Shown one piece after another: positions 9,883-19,651 of a stretch of DNA of 64,000 nt (the first letter of the stretch is position 1; the number at the start of each line of letters is the position of its first letter). Both the position numbers and the translations under genes were made by a program. The stretch is from an uncultured Armatimonadetes bacterium. GTDB taxonomy: Bacteria; Armatimonadota; UBA5829; DTJY01. The notes under the pieces are model-generated. The model saw only the letters and a program-made list of their open reading frames with translations. It did no database searches and had not been told where the DNA came from. The DNA lies in assembly GCA_963717145.1 (NCBI GenBank), contig OY970325.1, positions 4,608,001 to 4,672,000 on the forward strand, read 5' to 3'.

Positions 9883-10004
9883 CGCTCGGTTGACGAACAC
9901 AAGAGGAATTCAGATACATAATGAGTAACGAGTAATGAGTAATCGGATAGGCCGCCGGCCATACTCATTACTCGTTACCCATTACGGTCCCAGGAGGAAA
10001 GCGC

Positions 10005-10454
10005 TTGCCAAGGATTGAGAGTTCGGTGCTGATCAACGGTGATCTGGAGAAGACATACACGCTGGCCAAGAACGTCGAGGCCTTCCCGGAGTTCATGCCG
10101 GACGTCAAGAGTGTTACCGTTTTGGAGCGCGACAAAGATGGCAATAGCGTGCTCACCGAGTTTGTCGGCATCGTCAGGGAGTTTCGGACCACCCTCAAGT
10201 GGGTCGAGGAGGATCAGTGGGACGACCAGGCCAAAACGTGCCGATTCACGCTCAGGAAGGGCGACTTCAAGAGCTACTCGGGACAGTGGGTTTTTGAAAC
10301 CGAGGACGGGGTCACCAAGTTCACCTCGGTCATCGACTTCGAGTACGATATCCCGATGCTCGGTCCGCTTCTGAAGGCCCTGGTCGCACGGAAGATGCAG
10401 CAGAACGTCGACGGGATGCTCCGGGCGATCAAAGAGCAAGTCGAGTGCGAGTAG
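10005..10454 (+). CDS. SRPBCC/polyketide cyclase (START-fold) protein
   Basis: VEAFPEFMPDVKSV, GDFKSYSGQW; TTG start after AGGAGG. Confidence 0.85.
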   Translation: MPRIESSVLINGDLEKTYTLAKNVEAFPEFMPDVKSVTVLERDKDGNSVLTEFVGIVREFRTTLKWVEEDQWDDQAKTCRFTLRKGDFKSYSGQWVFETEDGVTKFTSVIDFEYDIPMLGPLLKALVARKMQQNVDGMLRAIKEQVECE

Positions 10455-10482
10455 GTTGGGGACTCTTGGAGCGAAAGGGTCA

Positions 10483-11825
10483 ATGAAGAAATACGACGTC
10501 ATCATAATCGGGGCCGGGCCCGCAGGTATCTTCGCGGCCCTCGAACTCGCGAAGATCGACGGCCTCAAGGTCGCGATCATCGACAAGGGCTCCGACATCG
10601 AAGACCGTGTGAGCGCGCCTAAGCGCTCCCTCCTCTCGGGCTGGGGAGGCGCGGCGCATTCTCCGACGGGAAGCTCACCCTCTCCACCGAGGTCGGCGGC
10701 CAACTCAATGCCTACGTCTCCGACGAGGAACTCCTCCGCCTGATCAAGTACGTCGACCAGATCTACATCGATTTCGGCGCGCCGGACAGGGTCTACGGCA
10801 CCAACGAGGACGAGGTGGAGCAGCTCGCCCACCGTGCGATCCTTGCCGACCTGAAGCTGATCCCGAGCGCCATCCGCCACGTGGGAACGGACCAGTGGCC
10901 GACCCTCCTCCGCGCGATGCACGAGGTAATCGAGCAGCGGGTCGACATCATGATGGAGACGAACGTCGCTCGCCTGATCGTTCACAACAACCGCGTCGGT
11001 GGCGTGGAACTGACCTCGGGCGACGCGATCGAGGCCGACTATGTCATCGCCGCTCCCGGTCGCGAGGGCGCGGACTGGCTGCTCGAGGAAGCGCGCAGGC
11101 TCGGGCTCGAAGCGATCAACAACCCGGTCGATGTCGGCGTCCGAGTCGAGCTTCCCGCTCCGATCCTCGAGGAGATTACCAGCAAGGTCTACGAGCCGAA
11201 GCTGATCTTCTACTCGCGCCTCTTCGGTGATAAGGTGCGAACCTTCTGTGTCTGCCCCCATGGTGAAGTCGTGATCGAGCACAACGAGAGCGTCACGACG
11301 GTCAACGGCCACAGTTACGCGCATCAGAAGACCGCCAACACGAACTTTGCGCTGCTCGTCTCGACCATGTTCACCGAGCCGTTCCGCGAGCCGATCACCT
11401 ACGGCCGGTACATCGCGTCGCTCTCGAACCTGATCAGCGGAAGTGTGATCGTTCAGCGGCTCGGCGACCTGAAGATGGGCCGGCGCTCGACTTGGTCGCG
11501 CATCGAGAGCGGGCTGACAGCACCGACGCTCAAGACGGCGGTCCCCGGCGACCTGAGCTTCGTGCTGCCGTACCGCTATCTCTCGGGCATCATGGAGATA
11601 CTGGAGGCGATGGACAAGCTCGCGCCGGGAGTGGCGTCGAGGCACACGCTCCTCTACGGGGTCGAGGTGAAGTTCTACTCATCGAGGCTGAAGCTCACTC
11701 CATCGCTGGAGACGGACATCGAGAACCTCTTCACCATCGGCGACGGGGCGGGCGTCACACGCGGCCTCGTCCAGGCATCGGTCGCGGGCGTCATCGCGAC
11801 CCGCGAGATCGTGAAGAGGCGGTAG
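10483..11825 (+). pseudogene. FAD-dependent oxidoreductase, frameshifted near 10653
   Basis: YDVIIIGAGPAG; the GGAGAFSDGKL motif is split by one missing G; C-part FCVCPHGEV, GDGAGVTRGL; possibly a sequencing indel. Confidence 0.8.
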
Positions 11826-11944
11826 CTTTGGAGTGCGATGGCTCGACATCGCTTTGATCCGGGCGGCTTGACGCCCTCCGGAAGGCCGCCGTGTCCAGCC
11901 ACGGTTCGTGAAAGCGATGTCGAGCTATCGCACTCCAAAGCTAC
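11822..11944. repeat. Palindromic element between convergent genes; its arms contain both TAG stops
   Basis: GTAGCTTTGGAGTGCGATGGCTCGACATCGCTTT...AAAGCGATGTCGAGCTATCGCACTCCAAAGCTAC; sibling at 53185-53271. Confidence 0.9.
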
Positions 11945-13338
11945 GGTCGGGTGATCTCCACGCCGGTGTAGTAGTGCTTGAGGACGTCCACGTAGGTGAT
12001 TCCGTCGCGGGACTTCGCGAGGCCGTTCGCGCCCCATTGACAGAGCCCGACGCCGTGCCCGTAGCCTCTCCCCTCGATGACGTACTTGCCCTCGGGGGTC
12101 ACGGTGAGCGCCATCCGGGTGCTCATGATCGTGCTCAAGCCGAAGAGGTCCCTGAACCGCGAGCCGCTGATCCGCTTCTCGCCATCCTGACCTTTGATGA
12201 TGATCGTCCGGACGCGCCCCGAGCCGTCGTATTCCGCGAACTCCATCGAGATCAACTTCCCGACCTTTGTGCTCGATGAGCGCGAGAACACCTTCGCCAG
12301 GTCCTCGACGGAGTACGTCTTCGTCCAAGTGTGCGCGCGGCTTGATGCGCAGTAGTCACCATCCGTCGGCCTCTCGAACTCGGTCATCGCAGGCCTGGGG
12401 CAGGCTTCTGACTGGTCTGACCCGTCTGACCCGTCCGACTGTTCACCGATCACCGATGACTGATCACCGATCACCGGCCTCACGAGACACGGTTCCCCGC
12501 AGGCGTTGTCCACCACCGACTTCATGTAGGCGGTCTTCATCATCCCCGAGTCCTCGCTCGACTGGGTCATCCCGCCGCAATCGGCCGAATAGCACGCGAA
12601 GATCGGCTCGCCCTTGTAGGTGATGATCTCACCCCGCGTGGCATCCACGATCTTCCGCACCCAGTCCGCCTCCCGGTCCGCGCCTGCGAAACCCTGGCAG
12701 TGGACGCCGTCGCACACGTTGAAGCCCTCGGACTTGTGGCGATCGACACTTCGAATCGCATACGTCCGCGCCGCGACGACGAGCGCCTTCTGGGCCTCGG
12801 GATGGAAGCTCGCGGGGATCTCGGTCGGGGTCACGCCGTAGAGGTAGTGCTCGACGCTCAACTCGTTGATGACAGTGAGCCTCGATCCGCCGCGGATTTC
12901 GAGTGTCTCGCGGTAGTGCTTGTACCGGAGCTTCGGGTCGGTGATCTCCAGCATCCCCTCCGCGGTCTGCGTGGCGATCTTCAGCGGCCCCTTGAACGTC
13001 GGCGGCTCCTGAGCCGGTTCCGACACGTCCGACACGTCCGACACCTCCGGTGCTTCGGACGTTGTCTCCACCTCGAACAGCTTCTCCCTGAGCCGGATCG
13101 TGATCTCCTTGCCGGCCTCGATCTCTGCGATCACCGTCTTGGTATCCAGATCGGTGACCGTCATCGGCTCGTCGGCCTTGATCGTGAGCGAGGCGGGATG
13201 TCCCACGCACGACTGAAGCCCGACGCGGATGGTCTGCGGAATCGCGGGAACAGCGGATGAGGCGGAAACCGTCAAAACAAGTAAGAAGAGGGCGTGCATG
13301 AGTAGGGGAATGCGTGAGAGCAAGGCCTTTGCGGTCAA
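11941..13338 (-). CDS. SpoIID/LytB domain protein (peptidoglycan lytic transglycosylase family)
   Basis: EHYLYGVTPTE, EAQKALVVAARTYA, CDGVHCQ, GYGHGVGLCQWGA, LKHYY; TTG start with AGGAGG. Confidence 0.92.
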   Translation of the reverse strand: MTAKALLSRIPLLMHALFLLVLTVSASSAVPAIPQTIRVGLQSCVGHPASLTIKADEPMTVTDLDTKTVIAEIEAGKEITIRLREKLFEVETTSEAPEVSDVSDVSEPAQEPPTFKGPLKIATQTAEGMLEITDPKLRYKHYRETLEIRGGSRLTVINELSVEHYLYGVTPTEIPASFHPEAQKALVVAARTYAIRSVDRHKSEGFNVCDGVHCQGFAGADREADWVRKIVDATRGEIITYKGEPIFACYSADCGGMTQSSEDSGMMKTAYMKSVVDNACGEPCLVRPVIGDQSSVIGEQSDGSDGSDQSEACPRPAMTEFERPTDGDYCASSRAHTWTKTYSVEDLAKVFSRSSSTKVGKLISMEFAEYDGSGRVRTIIIKGQDGEKRISGSRFRDLFGLSTIMSTRMALTVTPEGKYVIEGRGYGHGVGLCQWGANGLAKSRDGITYVDVLKHYYTGVEITRP

Positions 13339-13360
13339 GTGAGAGACCTCCTTGCCTGAG

Positions 13361-13438
<78 letters not shown>

Positions 13439-13506
13439 ACTGCGCACAATAATACCACAAAAGCCGAGTTTGCGCAACTGGCCAAAAGAGTTCACGATCC
13501 ATGATG

Positions 13507-13587
13507 GCGGCTGTCATTCTGAACGTAGTGAAGAATCTGGCCGTGCAGCTAAGCCAGATTCTTCACTACGTTCAGAATGACAGCCGC
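13507..13587. repeat. Perfect palindrome (35-bp arms), GTCATTCTGAACGTAGTGAAGAATCT type
   Basis: 13507-13541 is the reverse complement of 13553-13587. Confidence 0.92.
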
Positions 13588-13678
13588 TGGGCTATACGAT
13601 CAACGAGCGTGAACTGTTGCGCAACTGGCCAAAATCCTGTAATGTTAAGGAGCGTAACTGCGTAATAAGTAACGAGTA

Positions 13679-15070
13679 ATGCTGAAACCAAGGCTTCACA
13701 TCATCATAGCCGCGCTTCTCGTCCTCGCGTTGGCATCCGTTCGCGCGGATGAAGTCTCGGCCACGACTCTCCCGAGCGGGCTGAAGGTCATCGTCAGTGA
13801 GGGGCACGCCGTGAACCTCGCGGCGATCGACATCTGGGTCCGGGCGGGGAGCATCAACGAGACGGCGGCGAACTGCGGCGTCTCCCACTTCATCGAGCAC
13901 ATGATCTTCAAGGCCACCGACAAGCACGGTCCCGGCGAGATCGACCGCGTGATCGAGAGTCTCGGCGCGGACCTGAACGGCGGCACGACGGAGGACTACA
14001 CGCACTACTACACGACAGTTCCGAGCGCGGATCTGCCCTCCGCCCTGAACGTCATCGCCGATGCGATCGTGCATCCGAAGTTCAGCGCGGAGGAGATGGA
14101 GAAGGAGCGCCGCGTCATCCTCGATGAACTCGCTCGCAGGGACAGCGACCCGGCACAGCGCGCGCTCGATGTGCTCGACAGCCTGATCTTTCCCACCCAT
14201 CCGTACGGTCGCTCGATGGCCGGGACCCGTGACACGATCGGCAAGCTGACCCGCGACGACCTGGCAGCCTACTACTCGGCGCATTTCACCCCGGCGACCA
14301 CGTCGGTCGTGATCGCCGGCGACGTCTCGAAGGCCGACACCCTCGCCCTCGTCGAGAAGGCGTTCCAGGGCTATGACCGCGCGGCTCCCGTGGACGCCGT
14401 AGTGGCCGTGCCTCCGCGCCGGCCTGATGCGGTGGATGGCCCACAAGATACGAACGAAGGCCGGCACGGAGGCACGGCCACTACGCTGACAGATGAGCCG
14501 TTCACCTCTCCGCGCACTCAGCGAGTGACAGGCAAGGTCTCCCAGGCATACGTGGCCGTCGGATTCCGCGCGCCGGGGGTCGCCGATTTCAAGGAGGCTT
14601 GCGCCCTCGATGCCATGCTGATCCTCTTCGGCGAAACGGCCCACGGACGCATCGCAGATGCGCTCACCGCAGCGGGCATTCCGTTCATTCGGATCAAGGC
14701 CGACTACATCACCCACCGCGAACCGAGCATCTTCTCGGTCATCGCGGCGGTCGATCCCGCGGATGCGGACCGAGTAGTATTGGCGATCGTCGGCGAGTTC
14801 GCCAAGCCGACGAAGTACGCGGTCTCCGAGGACGAGCTGTCGTATGCGAAGCGGGTGATCGTCGGGAGCGATCTCTTCGAGCAGGAGACGTTCGCCGGCC
14901 AGGCGCGGGCGCTCGGATTCTATGACTCGCTCCAGTCCTACGACCTCTCGCTGAAGTACATCGAGACGGTTCGGAGCATCACCCCCGCCGATATCACCGC
15001 CCTCGCGCGGAAGTACTTCACCACCGATCGTTACGCCGTCGCCATCCTCGAACCGGAGGCAGCGAAATGA
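13679..15070 (+). CDS. M16 (pitrilysin/insulinase) zinc peptidase, catalytic subunit, secreted
   Basis: Signal peptide; GVSHFIEHMIFK (HxxEH); EKERRVILDE; HPYGR. Confidence 0.93.
   Translation: MLKPRLHIIIAALLVLALASVRADEVSATTLPSGLKVIVSEGHAVNLAAIDIWVRAGSINETAANCGVSHFIEHMIFKATDKHGPGEIDRVIESLGADLNGGTTEDYTHYYTTVPSADLPSALNVIADAIVHPKFSAEEMEKERRVILDELARRDSDPAQRALDVLDSLIFPTHPYGRSMAGTRDTIGKLTRDDLAAYYSAHFTPATTSVVIAGDVSKADTLALVEKAFQGYDRAAPVDAVVAVPPRRPDAVDGPQDTNEGRHGGTATTLTDEPFTSPRTQRVTGKVSQAYVAVGFRAPGVADFKEACALDAMLILFGETAHGRIADALTAAGIPFIRIKADYITHREPSIFSVIAAVDPADADRVVLAIVGEFAKPTKYAVSEDELSYAKRVIVGSDLFEQETFAGQARALGFYDSLQSYDLSLKYIETVRSITPADITALARKYFTTDRYAVAILEPEAAK
14398..14485. repeat. In-frame GTAG-type palindrome inside the M16 peptidase
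   Basis: 28-bp arms GTAGTGGCCGTGCCTCCG.GCCGGCCT; sibling at 15079-15145. Confidence 0.9.
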
Positions 15071-16440
15071 GCGGATCGTGTAGTGGCCGTGCCTCCGTGC
15101 CGGCCTCCAACGTAGCAAGGCCGGCACGGAGGCACGGCCACTACATGATCTGCTTGTGCGCCCTGATGCTCCTCCTCCCGGCGATCGCACATGCCGCAGT
15201 CGAGAAGACCATCCTGAGCAACGGCCTCACCCTCATGGTCAAGCGCGAGCCCGAGTCCCGGACCGCCGCCATCGAGGTCTTCATCCGCGTCGGCGCGGCC
15301 CAGGAGAACAAACAGACCGCCGGGATCGGGCATCTCCTCGCCGGCACGCTGCTATCGGGCTCGGAAGGACGCACTCCCCGCAAGCTCTCGGAACTCGTGT
15401 CGGAGGTTGGCGGCAACTTCCACGCCGTCTGGCAGTGGGACTACATCGAGATCTACGCCGTGACGCTCCCGGGGATGTGCGACGAGGCGATCGGCCTGCT
15501 CGCGGAGTCGATCTCGCGGCCCTCTTTCGAGCCGGATGCCATCGAGAGCGCCAGGTCCGCGATCCTCAAGCAGATGAAGGCGCTCGAGGACAATCAGTAC
15601 AGCACCGGGTACAACATGCTCGCCGCGCAGGCCCACAAGGGCGATCCCTATGGCAGGCCCTACCTCGGCGATCCGGACGTCATCAGGGCGATCAACCGCC
15701 CGCAGTTGGAGGCATTCTACCGCAAGTACGTCGTCCCCAGCAGCATTGTGATCTCCGTCGTCGGCAACGTCGATCCCATGCGCATCTCGCGGCTCGTCGA
15801 GTTGCGGTTCGGCGGGATGGACTTCGCGCCCCAGAAGCCGACCGGCGTGCCATTCCGCTTCCGTCCCGAACCGCCCGAGGAGCCCGAGCCGCCCGCGCCC
15901 GAGCAAACCGCAGCCTCATACGTGATGCTCGGCTGGGTCGCGCCCGGAGCGGCGGACAAGGATTACCCCGCCGCGTGCATCGCGAACGTGCTCCTCGGCG
16001 GCAACAAGAGTTCGCTGATGTTCACGAAGCTGCGGGAAGGGCAGGGGATCGGGTATCAGGTCGGGAGCATCTACCCCCCGCTCAGGAAGTCCGGGCACAT
16101 CGCGGCGTATGTCGGGCTCGATTCCTCGCGCGGCGGCCCGGAGGTCACGCAGGCGGTCAAGACATCGGTGATGGGATTGGCCACGACCCTCGCGACCGGC
16201 GACTTCACGGATGAGGACATCGAGCGCGCCAAGAGCTACCTCATCGGATCGCACGCCCTGAAGCATGAGCGCGCCCGCGACCGGTCCTACTATCTGGGCC
16301 TCTACGAAGCGCTCGGCCTCGGCTTCCGGTACGACTCGACCTACGCGGCCTCGATCCGAGCGGTCACCCGCCCGGACCTCGAACGCGTCTGCGCCTTCAT
16401 CTTCATCGCCTCCCCGACCGTCGTCACCGTGGGGAGGTAG
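15067..16440 (+). CDS. M16 peptidase family, non-catalytic partner subunit
   Basis: HLLAG replaces HxxEH; SSLMFTKLREGQGIGY; ATG overlaps the upstream TGA (alternative ATG 15145). Confidence 0.88.
   Translation: MSGSCSGRASVPASNVARPARRHGHYMICLCALMLLLPAIAHAAVEKTILSNGLTLMVKREPESRTAAIEVFIRVGAAQENKQTAGIGHLLAGTLLSGSEGRTPRKLSELVSEVGGNFHAVWQWDYIEIYAVTLPGMCDEAIGLLAESISRPSFEPDAIESARSAILKQMKALEDNQYSTGYNMLAAQAHKGDPYGRPYLGDPDVIRAINRPQLEAFYRKYVVPSSIVISVVGNVDPMRISRLVELRFGGMDFAPQKPTGVPFRFRPEPPEEPEPPAPEQTAASYVMLGWVAPGAADKDYPAACIANVLLGGNKSSLMFTKLREGQGIGYQVGSIYPPLRKSGHIAAYVGLDSSRGGPEVTQAVKTSVMGLATTLATGDFTDEDIERAKSYLIGSHALKHERARDRSYYLGLYEALGLGFRYDSTYAASIRAVTRPDLERVCAFIFIASPTVVTVGR
15079..15145. repeat. GTAG-type palindrome at the 5' end of the second M16 gene
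   Basis: Perfect 28-bp arms. Confidence 0.9.
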
Positions 16441-16531
16441 CCTTCCTACTCATACTCCTAATCGTGATCGTACTCGTCCCCCGCCTCTCGTCTCTTCCGC
16501 TTGTTCTGTGGTATAATATCCGGGCGAGGAC

Positions 16532-16818
16532 ATGATGCATATCGGCCGCCTGGTTTTCAGAACGCACGAATCGAGCGAATGTTCAGACGATCCATCTCCG
16601 CCGACGACGTGCGGCGTGTGCTCTCATCCGGAGAGGTCATAGAGGACTATCCTCATGACACGCCATATCCCAGTCGGCTGATGCTTGGCTGGTGTGACAA
16701 TCGTGCGGTTCACGTCGTGGCCGCATGTAACCTCGATGCGAATGAGACCGTGGTCATCACGGTCTACGAGCCGGACCCCAAGCGGTGGTCGGTGGATTTC
16801 AGAAGGAGAAAGCAGTGA
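16532..16818 (+). pseudogene. DUF4258 family putative toxin, frameshifted near 16569
   Basis: GAGGA RBS + MMHIGRLVFRTH in one frame, IERMFRRSIS..IEDYP..PSRLMLG..HVV..ITVYEPD..W in another. Confidence 0.75.
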
Positions 16819-17042
16819 AGTGCGTCATCTGCAAGCATGGTGAGACAGAGCCTGGGACGACTACGGTCACCCTTGAGCGGGACGGCATGACTCTCGTCAT
16901 CAAGGGAGTGCCCGCGCAGCTATGTGCCAACTGCGGCGAGGCGTATGTCGATGAGGAAACCACCTCCGGCCTACTCGCGACTGCCGAACAGCTCGTGAAG
17001 TCCGGCACCGAGGTCGAGATCAGGGAATACATGGCGGCGTAG
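16815..17042 (+). CDS. YgiT-type zinc-finger / MqsA-like antitoxin
   Basis: MKCVICKHG...VPAQLCANCGEAY; GTG overlaps the toxin stop; GAAGGAG RBS. Confidence 0.88.
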   Translation: MKCVICKHGETEPGTTTVTLERDGMTLVIKGVPAQLCANCGEAYVDEETTSGLLATAEQLVKSGTEVEIREYMAA

Positions 17043-17180
17043 AAGCACCTCCTCCTCGGCTACCGGTACGACATCGCCTCCCCCCGCCGCCGTCGCGCCG
17101 CCATTGACCGCCTGCCTGAGACGTGATACCCTTATCACAAGCATGCAATCCGTCGCCGGGGGATTCCCAGGACATTCCGG

Positions 17181-19412
17181 ATGCCATACTCACTCCACCA
17201 GCAGCTCAAGCTGTTCAGTCGCGACCGCTTCGAGGAACTCTGCGGCCAACTCCTCAAGGCCGAGGACCCCTCGGTCGTCCCCGTCGAGGGCGCGGGCGGC
17301 GACGAGGGCGTCGACATATACAAGGGGCCGCTCGACACACCGAAGAACGAGCGCGCGGGCGAGAAGCTCCACGTCTGGCAGGTCAAGCACTTCCCCACGG
17401 GCCTAGGCGTGAGCCAGAAGAAACAGGCCAGAGAGTCCCTCAAGCGGGTGATCGCGACCCAGGACCCGGATAGCTGGACTCTCTGCGTCCCCTTCGAGTT
17501 CTCGCTCGGCGACCGCAGGTGGCTCGAAGACCTGCGGAAGGAATACCCCGGGCGCATCACTGAGCCGCTCGACGCCCCGGCGATCATGGCGCTCCTCGGC
17601 AAGCCGGAGAACCGGTCTCTTCTCGATGCGCACTTCCTCCTGCCGACCGATCAGCGGATCGCGAAGGAAGTGCTCGACCTCCTGACCGACTTCGACCTCG
17701 TGAGCGAGCGCCTGAGTGAGGAGAAGCTGCCCACGAAGACCGAGAGCGAGTTCTACAACGGCGCTGTCGCCGACTGGAAGGACATCTATGACGACCTGGA
17801 CGCCCGACGGGAGATCATCGGCGAGCTGTGGGACTTCGTGCTCGAGGCCGAGAAGAGCACCGGGGCGCTCGTGCCGTTCGCGGTGCTCACCGGGCTGAGC
17901 GGGGAGGGGAAGTCGACCGTCCTGCGTCGTCTCGCCGCCGAGTTGGTCCGCTCCGGGCGCAACGAGGTCTTCTGGCACAAGCCCGGCCGGAACGACCTGT
18001 CCGCCGAGCAGTTCTGCCATATGCCCAGAGGCGCGCTGGTCTATATCTTCATCGACAGCATCATGCTCTTTGGCCCGGACGCGATCGGGGGATTCCTCCA
18101 GCGGCTGAGGGACTTCCCGATCCGGCCGATCGTGATCTCAGCGGCGATCAACTCCCAATGGGACGGGTCAAGGCTGAATGTCGGCCAGTTCGCCGATGTC
18201 CGGGAGATCGAACTGGCGCACATGAGCCTGGCCGATGTGGAAACGCTTCTCGACAAGCTCTCCGAGGACGAAGAGCGTGCATCCGAGAACCTCGGCAAGC
18301 TGGCTAGGCTGAGCAGGGAGCAGCAGGTCAGCTGGTTCACGAAGGATGCCAAGCGGCAGCTCCTGGTTGCGCTGATCGAGGCCAAGGGCGGGCAGGGGTT
18401 CGAGCAGCACGTACTCGACGAGCTTCGGAAGCTCGACGGGGGTGAGGATGACCTCGTCCGTCAGGCCTGCATCTACGTCAGCGCCCTCCACCGCTTCGAC
18501 CTTCGCATGCCGAAGCGCCTCCTCCAGCGCCTCCTCGGGGAGGATGTCCTCCTCGAAGACCAGGTCCTCTCCAAGACCCACGGCCTCATCACCCTGATTT
18601 CCGACGAAGAGGAGTCGGTGATCACCCGCCATACTCTTGTCGCCCAGATCATCTACAAGTCCGAAGCCGGCGACAGCCCTGAGTGGTGCGAGCGGATTAT
18701 TGACGCGGGGGGGGAGGAAGATGACTTCCTGCTCTATTTCTGGTTGAGCGCAACGGTGGGTGCGAATCTCCGTCTGGCGATGCATCTGATAAGGCGTGAG
18801 AAGAAAGGCTCTTTCGGGGATGTCGGGATGGCTCCCACCTGGCCCTTATGGGATGAGCGTTGTGCCGAGCTCATGCGCAGCCGTGCATTCTACAGGAAGG
18901 CAACGCAAGAGGAGCCTGAGAATGCTAATCCCTGGTGCGAATGGGCGCATGTAGAGAACGCACTGGGGAACACCGGGGAGAAGGAAGACCCCGAGGCCTA
19001 CACCGCGAGGTGGCTGTTCATGAGGGCGACAGAGGCGGATCCGCACTACGCTTGGCTTTGGGAACAGTGGGCGGACATGGAGAAGGACGATGGAAACTGG
19101 GATGCTGCCGAGGGGTTGTACCGACGATCATTGAAGGAGACAGGCAAACCGCTATACCGCAGCCATGTGCATCACAAGTTGGGCGTCATGTTCTACTCGC
19201 TCGGTCGCATGGACGAAGCATGTGAGAACTTGGAACTGGCGGTCACCGAGATGTCTGGAGAATGGATGTCACACCACTGGCTCGCGCGTGCCTACCTGGA
19301 AAGACATCGTGTCGCGGACGCGGAGCGCCATTGCTGCATTGCGCTCAGACTCCAGCCAGACGACAGGGATACGCAGGAACTGCATGAGAAGATAAAGCGT
19401 GCCCGAGAGTAA
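17181..19412 (+). CDS. Restriction-endonuclease-like + P-loop NTPase + TPR protein (Avs/STAND-like defence candidate)
   Basis: FEELC..GGDEGVDI..QVK (Mrr-like PD-(D/E)XK); GLSGEGKST Walker A; YIFID Walker B; TPR-like C-term. Confidence 0.75.
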   Translation: MPYSLHQQLKLFSRDRFEELCGQLLKAEDPSVVPVEGAGGDEGVDIYKGPLDTPKNERAGEKLHVWQVKHFPTGLGVSQKKQARESLKRVIATQDPDSWTLCVPFEFSLGDRRWLEDLRKEYPGRITEPLDAPAIMALLGKPENRSLLDAHFLLPTDQRIAKEVLDLLTDFDLVSERLSEEKLPTKTESEFYNGAVADWKDIYDDLDARREIIGELWDFVLEAEKSTGALVPFAVLTGLSGEGKSTVLRRLAAELVRSGRNEVFWHKPGRNDLSAEQFCHMPRGALVYIFIDSIMLFGPDAIGGFLQRLRDFPIRPIVISAAINSQWDGSRLNVGQFADVREIELAHMSLADVETLLDKLSEDEERASENLGKLARLSREQQVSWFTKDAKRQLLVALIEAKGGQGFEQHVLDELRKLDGGEDDLVRQACIYVSALHRFDLRMPKRLLQRLLGEDVLLEDQVLSKTHGLITLISDEEESVITRHTLVAQIIYKSEAGDSPEWCERIIDAGGEEDDFLLYFWLSATVGANLRLAMHLIRREKKGSFGDVGMAPTWPLWDERCAELMRSRAFYRKATQEEPENANPWCEWAHVENALGNTGEKEDPEAYTARWLFMRATEADPHYAWLWEQWADMEKDDGNWDAAEGLYRRSLKETGKPLYRSHVHHKLGVMFYSLGRMDEACENLELAVTEMSGEWMSHHWLARAYLERHRVADAERHCCIALRLQPDDRDTQELHEKIKRARE

Positions 19413-19651
19413 GGGAAGCGCCGTCGGTGAGAATAGGTCGCACGTGCGGTTGAGACCGCGGGCGACGAAAGGCACGAAGTCCGCCTCCGCGGACTGGGGC
19501 TGTGCCTCGGCAGACCGCCGATCTCCCTCCGAGTCAACTGCTGTTGGTGCGAGGCCTCGGAGTGTGACATCTGATTGGCTGAGTCTCCCGTCCATGCTAT
19601 AATAAGGCGGCGCTAGGCCGTCGATTCTACTTGAATGAGGAGGTCATCTTC

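Noticed and set aside
10640-10670. Programmed frameshifting in the oxidoreductase (also the shift near 47445)
   Set aside because: No slippery heptamer; scattered single-base indels fit sequencing error better.
19440-19525. ncRNA between the NTPase and nuclease genes
   Set aside because: Only short REP-like hairpins (AGTCCGCCTCCGCGGACT) in single copy; not enough support.
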